A DNA stretch of 64,000 nt from Eledone cirrhosa (lineage: Eukaryota). The notes beneath the pieces were generated by a model, which was not told where the DNA came from, made no database searches, and saw only the letters and a program-made list of their open reading frames with translations. The stretch is from NCBI GenBank assembly GCA_964016885.1, contig OZ024740.1:126418001-126482000 (forward strand), in the 5' to 3' direction. A program made the translations under genes and the position numbers. Below are positions 53,309 through 64,000 of the stretch, piece by piece. The stretch's first letter is position 1, and every line of letters starts with the position of its first letter.

Positions 53309-54411
53309 ATTATTAATAATTCACCTTTGAAAGGAGAAATTAATTCAGCCGCAAATGTTACTTTATATAATGACCTTCAATTTTTATGAATTATTAGACG
53401 TAGGAGGAAGGGAAACAGTGAAGCCTATATATAGTGTTTTAAAAGTATCTATTCAAGATGTCACACAGTGATTTTAAACAGTCAAACGCGTGTTTACAAA
53501 ACGGACTTGATAATTTTATCGCAACGTTTATATGTTATAAGAGCTTTTACCCAAATACAGCTAACGTATATGTAGTTGATCAGTTGAAAAATACCTAAAT
53601 TAACAATATATTTTTAGACCCGTTGAATAAGTTACGAATTTTGAATTTTAGGTCATTTAGTGTTAACGGTCCTGGAGACATAAAATGTGGACAGCTGAAA
53701 AAATTCAAACCAGTAGTCAGCTTCAATATTATGGATTGGCAACACATCCTCATGGTACACGGTATGTGTACGTGCGCGTCTCACGTGTGACATTGTCCAT
53801 ATTTTCTCGTCATCTGGCCCTTAAGTGCCCAAATAAATTAGACAATTCGTCACCGCCAAAATCTTGCGTTGAAGCCGATAATTGTAAAATACATTAATAT
53901 TCAAAATATATATCTATATACGTGTGTATGCACATGTTTGTTTATGTGTCCGTGTATGCATATGTATGTAGGGTGTGATGATGCAGCTGTGACTCAAGCT
54001 TGAAATTGATGGTGGCATTTATACTAGTGATGGGAAGAGAAATGAGAATATGCTATTTATCGTTATATGGATGATTAGGAGCTCGGTGAGATTACAAAGA
54101 TAAGGTTGAAAAGACATGGAGTAATAAAAACGAGATTAGAAAAGGATGACTTTACAAGAATTTGATTAGTGCTTTGAAAAAATAGTCAGGATCTGAAGTG
54201 AACGGCCGAGTTATTCCATTACCGTTACATGATCAACATCATCAAGAATGTCAGAAAATCACACAATCTCATTTCCTTCCCACAGTATACATGAATTATT
54301 TTGCTTATTGTATGGAATGAATTTATCATGTTCTTAAACGTTATAAGGGAAATTATAATAGAATTCAACAAGGAATGGAAACGAGGTAAATCGTCGTGAA
54401 GGCTTGTATTC

Positions 54412-54531
<120 letters not shown>

Positions 54532-54549
54532 ATATTAGTGAGTATGTAA

Positions 54550-54604
<55 letters not shown>

Positions 54605-54672
54605 TATATAAATGTATATATGTATATATATATATATATGTATATATATATGTATGTATGTATGCATGTATG

Positions 54673-54703
<31 letters not shown>

Positions 54704-54719
54704 ATATGTATATATATAT

Positions 54720-54753
<34 letters not shown>

Positions 54754-55067
54754 ATATACAAATTAGAAAAGCGTACAAGGTTACAAACACGTTACGAAGC
54801 GTATAGTCGATTAAATCGACCCAAATAGAGTAATGCCTGGTAGGTATTTTTATTGACTTCAGGGTAATGTAAGGAAATGGATAATCGATATTGGTGTGAT
54901 TCCGTTTGGGAAGATTGCTCTACGATGTATATACCCATTGTAAAAATGTGCATGCACACACGCACACACACGTATAGATACGCAAAAATATAGCTTCACA
55001 ATTTTCCTTTCTATTTCTTTCTTTCTTTCGCTGTCTCCTTATACACACACACACGCACACAGACACG

Positions 55068-55174
<107 letters not shown>

Positions 55175-55244
55175 GTATATATATATATAATTATATAACA
55201 TATATTATATACATAATTATATAAATATATATATATATATATAT

Positions 55245-58200
55245 AGTTTTGCGAAGTTTTTTATATAAAAGGGAGGATCATATTTGTGTAATATTGCCAG
55301 AATTAATAACAGAACACACTCACTGTTTGGTTGGTTTTCGCTTTTCGCTTCTGTGTCTTTTATATCGGTTAATTTATTTTATTCGGTCCTCAATGTTGCC
55401 ATTGACTGACCAACGGTCAAAAATACAGATACAATATAGACACAAACATATATATATTGTCTATCAAAGTTCTTTCGTTGCACATCTGCAACAGCGTGAG
55501 TGGTGCTATTGTTTCCTCCCCTTGCATTGTATGTCTACGCCATCTTTATTTAGTCTGTTTATATATTTATTTATTGGTTTATTTTTTTGTCTTCTTTGCG
55601 CATGCGTTTGCGTGTGTGTATAGTGTTTTGTTTGATCTGTGTTCGTGTTTGGGTGACAGTGTATTGGTTAATGTATTCTATCTTTACTGGTGTGTGTTTA
55701 TATTTGTTTGTTGTTATTGTGCTTGTGTATGTATTTATTTATTTATCTATTTATTTTTTATTTATACTTCTCTTAGGTCAGTGTTGTTTGTTTGGGTGTT
55801 GTTGTTATTCCATTCATTTTTTCTGTTTAGCTTTGGCCTTCTAAGTTTTATTTCACTGGCGTCTCTGATTTGCCTATCTGGTGGGTCATTTCTATATTTA
55901 GATATTATTCTAATTTCTATGTAGTCTATGTTACCGTCGTGTTGTTGTCTGGCATGTTCGTATAGTACTGAACCGTTTTTTCGTCCTTTTAGTTCCCCCC
56001 AGTTTTGTTCTATCCTCTCACCTATGCTACGAGCTGTCTCGCCTATGTATATTGTTGTCATGTTTCTGCAAGTACCCTCTGTACATCTTATGCTATAGAC
56101 TACGTTTCTAGGTTTACAGTTTATCCGGGGGTTTACTTTACATCAGATGCATTTCCTATTAGTACAGTGGGTTTTCTTAAAAGAGTAGGTTTTGCTGATC
56201 AGGGATTTTATGGTGGTTCCTGGCTTTTCTACCACCTTAATCTTTAAGTGGGTCTTTCTCAGGGCCTTTCTACGCTGGTTAGCTAATTTCCCTCCAGGGG
56301 TAGCGTCCACTAACATGACACTCTGGTATGTGTGGTTGTCGTAGCATGAGGTGGCTTTCCCTATCTTATGTCAAGCCATATCTAAACTATTCCATGATTT
56401 GCTCCTGTATAATGGGCAAATTCCTTTCATGTCCAGTTCTATGAGGGTTTTATACTTTGCCGTGGCTCCTTTGTATACTCTGATTCTGTCTCTTTGGTTG
56501 TAGCCAGAGAACTGCATGCGGTTGATGAAGTGTTGGATGTGTCTTTCCATTTCTGTTGGGTCGCACATGCGGGACACGTTCTTCATCACTCGTACCAAGT
56601 CTGCGATCAGGATATTAAACTTAGCACTACTGGACATTACTGAGTTTTTAAGTATCATGTATTTGGAGGCCATGAGTTTAGCATAGTGTGAGTGGAGAAT
56701 TTGGGCTCTCTCGTCTATAGTGTTAATCCAGACTTCCGTGTCTAATACAGGTAGTCTATTGTTAGGTTGTTTGAAAGGGTAGTCGATAGTTACAGTTATA
56801 CTCTGGTGTATGGAATTAGCTATCTGCTGGATGCTTTCCATTGTGCTACGTTCTAAATCAAACTTGTTAGTGCTGTCTTGTGGGGATGTTCTTATTACTA
56901 TATTGATATCGTCTACGTAACGAGAGTACATGATGAAGTCTATGGAGCTCTCATCAAGGAGATATTTGAGTCCATAAAAAGGCTGGCAACGTCATCAGCT
57001 ATGCTGACGCCAATGGCTGCTCCCTCATTTTGGGTGTAGATCTTCTCGTTGAACTTGAATATTTGACCCTTTAGGGTAGTTTTGATACTAGCCCCTATTG
57101 TATGTGCGACCATTTTTCTTACCTGATCATTGTTTTTGCGGGGTCCGTATAGCTTTGGTCCACCCAATGCACCTTCCCATGGGAGACTTTTTAGCCAATG
57201 AGGTTATGGTGGGTGTTCTACCTCTTATGGGTCTACTGGGGCACTAAGGTCATGGTAGTCAGTGCCGTAGGTAAGTCTAAGTAGGAGGCCCAGTTCGTCT
57301 GTGTCGACGTCGCACCTCACTCTCAATGATCATCTCCACACATTTTTCTACAGCGAATTCAATGTTAATGGATGGGCACAGTGATACCACATCCATGCTG
57401 CCTATTATACAGTTGGATAGGTTCCTATTTTTGTTGAACTCACTGATTCTGCTGAGGAGTTCCTCTGTACTGTCACATACCTCAGGGGACATCTTGATTA
57501 TGGGGCGTATAACCATTGAGAGGAAGTAGGAGATCCTGTAGTTGCTAGCTATATTTGCTCCGCATACGGGTCTTGTTGGTGGTCCTGTTGTCGGGTCGTC
57601 GACTGTCTTGTGGTCTTTGCGGAGCCTATACAAGGGTGGTATGCCATTGTTAGACGCCTGGAAGTTGTTGGCAGTGCGTCTGCTTGGCTTTAGGATGTCG
57701 GTTCACATCATCATGTGAGCGTTGAGGATTTTCTCTCTCCCATCATGTATTTGCTGTGCGATTTCGCTCGTGTTGGTGATGTGGGGTTGCATAGCCTTGA
57801 TGTATTTCGGCATACTGTCTATTGACATCCTACCAGGCTTATCCGTGGGTAGACATACTACATCACCATCCCTTGTGCGCTGCTTGTGGCTAATCAAGCC
57901 TTCTACAGGTTTCCTCCCAAGTTGTTGGACCTCTGTCTCTTAGTTTACCGGTCTAATATTTGTCTAACTTATTAGTAGCTATGGTGAACTGTGCCTCTGT
58001 CTCGTCATCTATTCGTTGTGGTATGCAAACTCTTTTATTAAAGGATAACCTCGTAGGATAGATATTACCCATCTTATATGTATTGTCAGCTGGGTCGAAG
58101 AATAGTTTCTCTAAGGGGTTGTCATAATATCTATCGTCCTATTAGTGTGTGTTGCTGTTATTGTTATTATGGTGGTTGTTGTTGTTCCTCAGCATTATTA

Positions 58201-59810
58201 TTATTGTTATGAATGGTGGTGGATTGGCAGTATCGGTAGAGGGTCGAACGCCATGCTTTCCAGCATAGTTACGTACCTTTACGGTCTGAGTTCAAATCCC
58301 GCCGAGGTTGACTTTGCCTTTCATCCTTACAGGGTCGATAAAATAAAGTACCAGTAATGTACTGGGTAATTGCTGGCCTTGTGCCTAAATTAGAATCAAT
58401 TATTATTATTGTTATGATTGCGAGATGTATTGTTGCTGTGATTGTTAGATGTATTGTTGTTGTTTTCTCCACCGTTATTGTTGCTGTTACTGTTATTTCT
58501 ACCATTGTGGTTGTTACTTTTATTATGTTTCTTGTTTTTGTTGTGTCTATCATTAACGTTGCTACATGTTTTATTTCTATTATTACCACTGCGGTTGTTG
58601 TTGTTGTTATTCGTATTGTTACCGTTATTACTACTGTGGTCGCTGCTGCTGTGTCTGTAGTTAATGTTTCTATTATTATTATTATTGTGGTTGTTGTTGT
58701 TGTTCTGTCTATCGTTAATATTACTACCATTATTACTATTTCTCACTCTCCTGTTATTGTTATTGTTATGACTATTACTATTATAGCTGTTATTTCTATA
58801 CTGAGAGTTATTGTTAAATATTACTACTACTGTTATTATTGTTGTTGTCCGTATAGTTGATGTTGTTGTTTACTTTTGAATTCCAATGTATTTTTGTGAA
58901 ACACTTGTCCAGCTCCCTTTTGCACGCAATAGGGTTAATCTTTTTGTAGATACCAAATCTTGGTGGTAGCTGAAGGATTTGTTGTTCTCGTTCACTGATT
59001 AAAGTGTTCCCATAAATATTTACTGTGTGCTCATTGGTAAATTCTTCCGGTAGTTTTACATCAGTCATACGGATAGTGTTGATGTTATCTGGGTATTTTT
59101 GAGAATATTCTACTTTTCTTTCCTCTAGTTTTTTCTTATTCATCCATTCTAATTTCTTATTGAAATGCCTATTGCATTCGTTTCGGGCGTATTTTGTTTC
59201 ACGTCGAATGACGCTCATGAAGTCATCCCTCTCGTTTGATGTGGTGAGATTTCGGACTTCCTTACCGTTAATGCGTTTCTATCTGTAAAGTTCGTTAACT
59301 TTTGTGTATGTTGTTCTTTTCATATTAACTGTTATTGTATGTTTTAGTCGTCCAGCTTGTGTTTTGTTCAATAATAAATTATTTACTTGTTTTGATATGT
59401 TTGTTGTGTATATTTTGGAGGAAACACAGTGTTTTAAGAAGCGGATTTGTTCGGTTGTTATTGTAGGTTTTATATAACAGAAAACAGTGTCTTTCAATAA
59501 CCTTTCAGCTTGGCACAAGCTAATGCCATAACGGCGATGAATTAGTTTTGCGAGGTTTTTGATATGAAATCGTGTGTCGAAACAAATATTGTTATACTTG
59601 GGTAGGGTCATATTTGTGTAATATTGCCAGAATTAATAACAGAACACACTCACTGTTTGGTTGGTTTTCGCTTTTCGCTTCTGTATCTTTTATATCGGTT
59701 AACTTAATTTATTCGGTCCTCAATGTTGCCATTGACTGACCAACGGTCAAAAATACAGATACAATATAGACACAAACACATATATATAGTCTATCAAAGT
59801 TCTTTCGTTG
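55245..59810 (-). mobile_element. Near full-length decayed Penelope-like element with direct pseudo-LTRs (55245-55480, 59531-59810)
   Basis: Minus-strand fragments: N-terminus 59279-59611; LQLPPRFG 58814-59218; LPTDKPGR; PTRPVCG..GSMDVVSLCPSI; YTQNEGAAIG; YSRYVDD..LPVLD; GIY-YIG IYIGETARS..ER 55762-56061. Direct terminal repeats are visible. Confidence 0.9.
58216..58398 (+). mobile_element. tRNA-derived SINE nested in the PLE
   Basis: Matches 5455-5635; ~22-bp TSD ATTATTATTATTGTTATGA(A/T)TG at 58194-58215 and 58399-58420. Confidence 0.92.
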
Positions 59811-59896
59811 ATATATATATATATATTAAATGTTAGGAACTCAAAATAGTCTCTTACAACAAAACAGCTCGAAGAAAGAGATATTTCTGAGCCGTA

Positions 59897-60390
59897 TATT
59901 ATAATAGAATATAAAAGAAAAACGAAGACAGATGTATAGATATATGTGTTCAAATCGTAAGTGACCTGATTCGCTAAGGTGAAAAGAATAGTAACTATAG
60001 ACAATTGAGTTATATCAAATGTCGAGTAATCCTGACCGCTATTTTTAGTGGTGTGGGTTTGTGAGACGCGCTAGGACGCCATGTGTGCTGATTTATATTT
60101 TATATATATCATACATAGATGTGTCTAGGATACTAATCCATCACCCACTGATGAGCTTGGAATAGTATTTTTATTCACAATTAACTTTGCGAAACGACAA
60201 TAAGTTGTCTGGGTAGTTACCACAATTCCGGTTGGTATTTATTTTCTCAATGTTTTCTTAAATTGAGACAAGCGAACCCAATTGTCTATAGTTAGTATTC
60301 TTTTCACCTTAGCGAATCAGGTCCCTTACGATTTGAACACATATATCTATATATATCTGTGTTCGTTTTTCTTTTATATTCTATTATAAT

Positions 60391-60392
<2 letters not shown>
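59897..60392 (+). mobile_element. Fold-back pseudo-LTR element with ~110-bp inverted arms (59897-60007 / 60280-60392)
   Basis: Arms are visible reverse complements with a hammerhead between them. Confidence 0.82.
60143..60214 (+). ncRNA. Type I hammerhead ribozyme
   Basis: ACCCA-CTGATGA-GC...GC-GAAA-CGACAATAAGTTG-TC-TGGGT; 5-bp stem I, GTC triplet. Confidence 0.78.
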
Positions 60393-60428
<36 letters not shown>

Positions 60429-60672
60429 TACTATATATTGTTAATCGGCTCAGTATTTATTTGTACTTTATACTTAGAGCTTAATGGTTACAGGGTTCTA
60501 ATTCTCATATATATATTTCTGCTCCCTTACAAGTTGAGCTATTAAGTTGTGCGTGTTGGACTGTTATTTCTGTTCAATACGCGCTTACCACGTTTGACTG
60601 GCGAAGCACGAGGTGATGAATTCATCTTTCTGTGTGAACGTTGGCAAATAGTGTTTGTGGCATTTAATCGCA

Positions 60673-60754
60673 ATCTCTCGCTGATGAAGCCCAGGATTAT
60701 CTGTTACAAACACACTCAGGGCGAAACAGATTAGGGATAATCTGTCCGAGAGAT
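60673..60754 (+). ncRNA. Well-formed type I hammerhead ribozyme
   Basis: ATCTCTCG-CTGATGA-A-GCCC..GGGC-GAAA-CAGATTA-GGGA-TAATCTG-TC-CGAGAGAT; perfect 8-bp stem I, 7-bp stem III, GTC triplet. Confidence 0.88.
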
Positions 60755-60912
60755 ATAATGGTTATTGAGGCGGTTTGTATTATTATGATAATATATCTTT
60801 ATTTTCATTCTGTCATTCTGTCTGTTTCGTGGTTAAATATTTCAAGCATATGTGGTTTTTCAACCCTTGTAATTTTAGACACACGGTTTACTGTGTTTCT
60901 TACTATATATTG

Positions 60913-60971
<59 letters not shown>

Positions 60972-61362
60972 CATAAATATATATGGGATAGATTGTAATA
61001 ATCTCCATATCAAATATCAAGAAATGAAAAATAAAGCTATTACAGATATAGGAATATTAATAGAAATATCGGTAGGAGAGCAAGAACGTCAAAAGTCATA
61101 ACAATAATAAAAAAATCAACAACACAACTAACAGAAAAGGAAAAAAAATTACGAAAATAATTATATCAATAAAATCACCTTTAGCAATCACATCATCTTT
61201 ATTGTCATCATCACCTCATCATCTTGATTATCCTTATCATCTTGATTATCATCATCGTCATCTTCATGGTCGTCCGTTTCGTCGTCTTCATCATTCATCG
61301 TACCATCATCATCATCAGCAAAGTCAAAATCCTTATCACGATCGTCGTCGTCATATTGAAGG

Positions 61363-61396
<34 letters not shown>

Positions 61397-61404
61397 AATT
61401 AATA

Positions 61405-61605
61405 CGTGTTTGGCACGAAGCCACCAATTTGAATGGTAAGGGAAAGTCGACTAATCAATCATAGTGTGTTATTGATACTTTCATTTATTTTATTGGTCCC
61501 ATAAGGATGAACATCAAAGCAAACTTCGAAGAGATTTGAACTTAGAACGTAACTATGTTCCGCAAAGCATGTTGTCCGACGCTTTAACGATTCTGCCAAT
61601 CCATA
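61405..61605 (-). mobile_element. Old tRNA-SINE copy
   Basis: GATTTGAACTTAGAACGTAACTATG...CTGCCAATCC is the reverse complement of the SINE head. Confidence 0.7.
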
Positions 61606-62004
61606 GCCCTTTTCCTTTATTACTGAATTAACAGAAGAACGCTATCAACATCTGCAACAACAATAATTACAATATCAGCATGAATATTATCCTCATCATC
61701 ATCAAACACCAGCACCATCTCCACCATCATTATCACGACAACAGAAACAAAGTCAACATCAACGTCATAATCATCATAATCTTCATCATTAAACAACTCA
61801 ACAAAAACAACATCATCAATATCAATATCATTGGCATCAATATCGTCAACAGCAACAACAATATCAGTAGCAGTTAGTGTCCATTATCAACCAATATGTA
61901 TTTCAAATCAGAAACCAATATTTAGGAAATCTCTAGAAAGTACACGGTTTATGCAGTGACACTTCATATTATTAATAAAAGCTAGTCTACTACATCTATT
62001 TCGA

Positions 62005-62265
62005 GACTGGCAGCTCATCAGACCTGTACTTATCCCGGTTTCCGTGGCTTCAAGCGACTGAGAGTACAAGAAACCACTCCGATACAGGAAGTTAAACTGT
62101 TTCAAGGTTAAACTACCAGTTTGTACTCATTACAGTTGAGTATACTGGTGCTACTTGAAATGAAGTGCTTTGCTCAAGAACACAATGTAAAACCAAGCCC
62201 AGAAATCGAACCCATGTCACTATGATTTTTAGTCCAATGCTCTTTTCAAAACACCATGCGCTGCC
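62005..62265 (-). mobile_element. Old CORE-like SINE
   Basis: GAAATGAAGTGCTTTGCTCAAGAACACAA (reverse-complement CORE-like) and GAAATCGAACCC (reverse-complement B-box). Confidence 0.6.
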
Positions 62266-62541
62266 ACACGATACGTGACACTGGCCATATTATTAATAAA
62301 AGCTACATCATGCTTAGATAACTGAAATTGCCAATAAAAATCCATACAGCAACATAAACAACATGACTAATATGCTTTCTCTCCCTCCGCCCGTTTCTCT
62401 TATTCTTTACCATACCTCTTCCACATTCTCTACCTCTTTCCCCTGCCCTCATCTTTCCTTTCCGCCCCTTTCATCACCTTCATCCTCATTATCATGTTCA
62501 TCCACATCATCATGATCACACTACTACTACTCCTACTACTC

Positions 62542-62604
<63 letters not shown>

Positions 62605-62919
62605 AACAATAACAAAAACAATGGCATCAAAAAGTTTGTAAAGTATAAAGTATAAAAGAAATAAGTCTTAATAAACGAATGGAAATTAATTAAGACATCG
62701 GGAAAAAACATATGAGAGAACTAGCACGTAGAGATATAAAATACAAATGATGAAAGATCTTTAACATTGGGGGAAAAACAAGGTTATCAATAACGCCGTC
62801 TTACTGAAGCTGGCATGAAAGAAACCTCGGTGTCAGTCCGCTAGATCAAATGGCTTGCGGCATTTTGTTGTGTGTATGTATGTGTTAGACTTCAGTCAGA
62901 TCCTAAGACGTGCGTTTCT

Positions 62920-63190
62920 GTTGATTGATCAACGGAACAGCCTGCACTTAAAATTAACCTGTAGTTGCTGAGCATTTCATCGAAGTGTGTGGTTTTTGGA
63001 CCCGGCGACGAGCGTTCCGATTGCTTGATCTGCAAACTGTTGCTTATGAAATTAAACTACATGTGACTAAGCATTACACAGACACGTGCATCATTAACGT
63101 AATTCTCGGGAAGAGTGAGCGTAACACGGTGTGTGCTCATACGGCCGACAGCTGAGTGGACTGGAGCAATATGAAATATAATGCCTAACG
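62920..63190 (-). mobile_element. Old CORE-like SINE remnant
   Basis: CAGCTGAGTGGACTGGAGCAA; related to 24070-24300. Confidence 0.5.
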
Positions 63191-63732
63191 TACCGAACAT
63201 CCTAAGCATTAGCCACGGTCCTTCTACTAACTTTAAATATTTATATTTTATTCCCACTGGCTTTTTGACATAACTCATATCGCTTCACAGTTCATCGTTG
63301 TTGCTGTTGTTATTATTATTGTCGTTAATGTTGTAGTTTAATTCTGAAATAGTAGTTATCTAGCAGGCCTAAAATCAAAAGCGTTCTAGCTGGGAACATC
63401 ATACTGTGACAGACTAAATGTATGAGTTAAGATCCCACCTGCATTGCAACATATTTGTTGTCACTTCTGAGTTTTTGTTTTATTTGTCACTGTTGTTTAA
63501 TTCTGAGATTTATCTAGAAGGAAGACCTTTGAAAAAAGACGTTCCAGCAGCGACCATCACGTATTTTCGTCATACATATCAGACTAAATTGAAAGCTTAT
63601 AGATAGTACTTTAAGGAACACAAGTCGTTACCTGCTGTACGTCTGTTTACGATCAAAGTCGGTTGAGCATTTGATCAACCAGTTTTCTTCACTTAATAAT
63701 AATAAAACACGGGTGTAGCATTACGCAAAAGA

Positions 63733-63936
63733 ATGACCATCCATCACCAACAAATACGAGACATAAACACAAGAAAAATCCGCTTAAGTAGCCACATTGC
63801 AGATTGTGCAGGAATGACCCTACCCAACTTTAAAATCTTCCCCCTTTACAAGTGCCCCGATTCTTTCACTCAACAACAAAGTATAAATAAAGAAACACTA
63901 CTTATTAACAAATTTAAACCAACATTAAACATGTAA
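63733..63936 (+). pseudogene. C-terminal fragment of a PLE GIY-YIG endonuclease
   Basis: HHQQIRD..R.I.LSSHI..C...IFPLYK...KE...INKFKPTLN, homologous to the end of ORF 26731-27180. Confidence 0.82.
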
Positions 63937-64000
63937 TCACCCTCATTAGATTCTCTCTCTCCCACACACACACGTGCACACACACACACACAACACACAC

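Noticed and set aside
59531-59596. Hammerhead on + strand (CGATGA...GAAACAAATATTGTT)
   Set aside because: No CTGANGA, no convincing stems I/II, and antisense to the element.

Overview
AT-rich, microsatellite-dense animal DNA, most likely an octopus/cephalopod intergenic or intronic region (inferred from the SINE family and microsatellite load). I found no supportable host gene; the recognisable content is retroelement-derived. (1) 1-10071 is a head-to-tail array: a decayed RTE LINE, then three copies of an R4/Dong-like RLE-endonuclease non-LTR retrotransposon. One copy has an intact 1169-aa ORF, and every copy is bounded on both sides by (CATA)n, implying tetranucleotide-specific targeting. 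(2) There are at least six Penelope-like element (PLE) remnants with GIY-YIG endonucleases, two of them Naiad-like with a CxCx5C motif. (3) About 10 recognisable type I hammerhead ribozyme motifs plus several degenerate ones sit in pseudo-LTRs, fold-back elements and a ~315-bp retrozyme-like tandem array. (4) A recurrent ~200-bp hairpin element looks like a hammerhead converted into a palindrome. (5) A tRNA-derived SINE has ATTATT-starting target duplications and a 37-bp array built from its tail. (6) A Chapaev3-like transposase fossil is present. All calls come from reading and hand translation; no searches or folding software were run.
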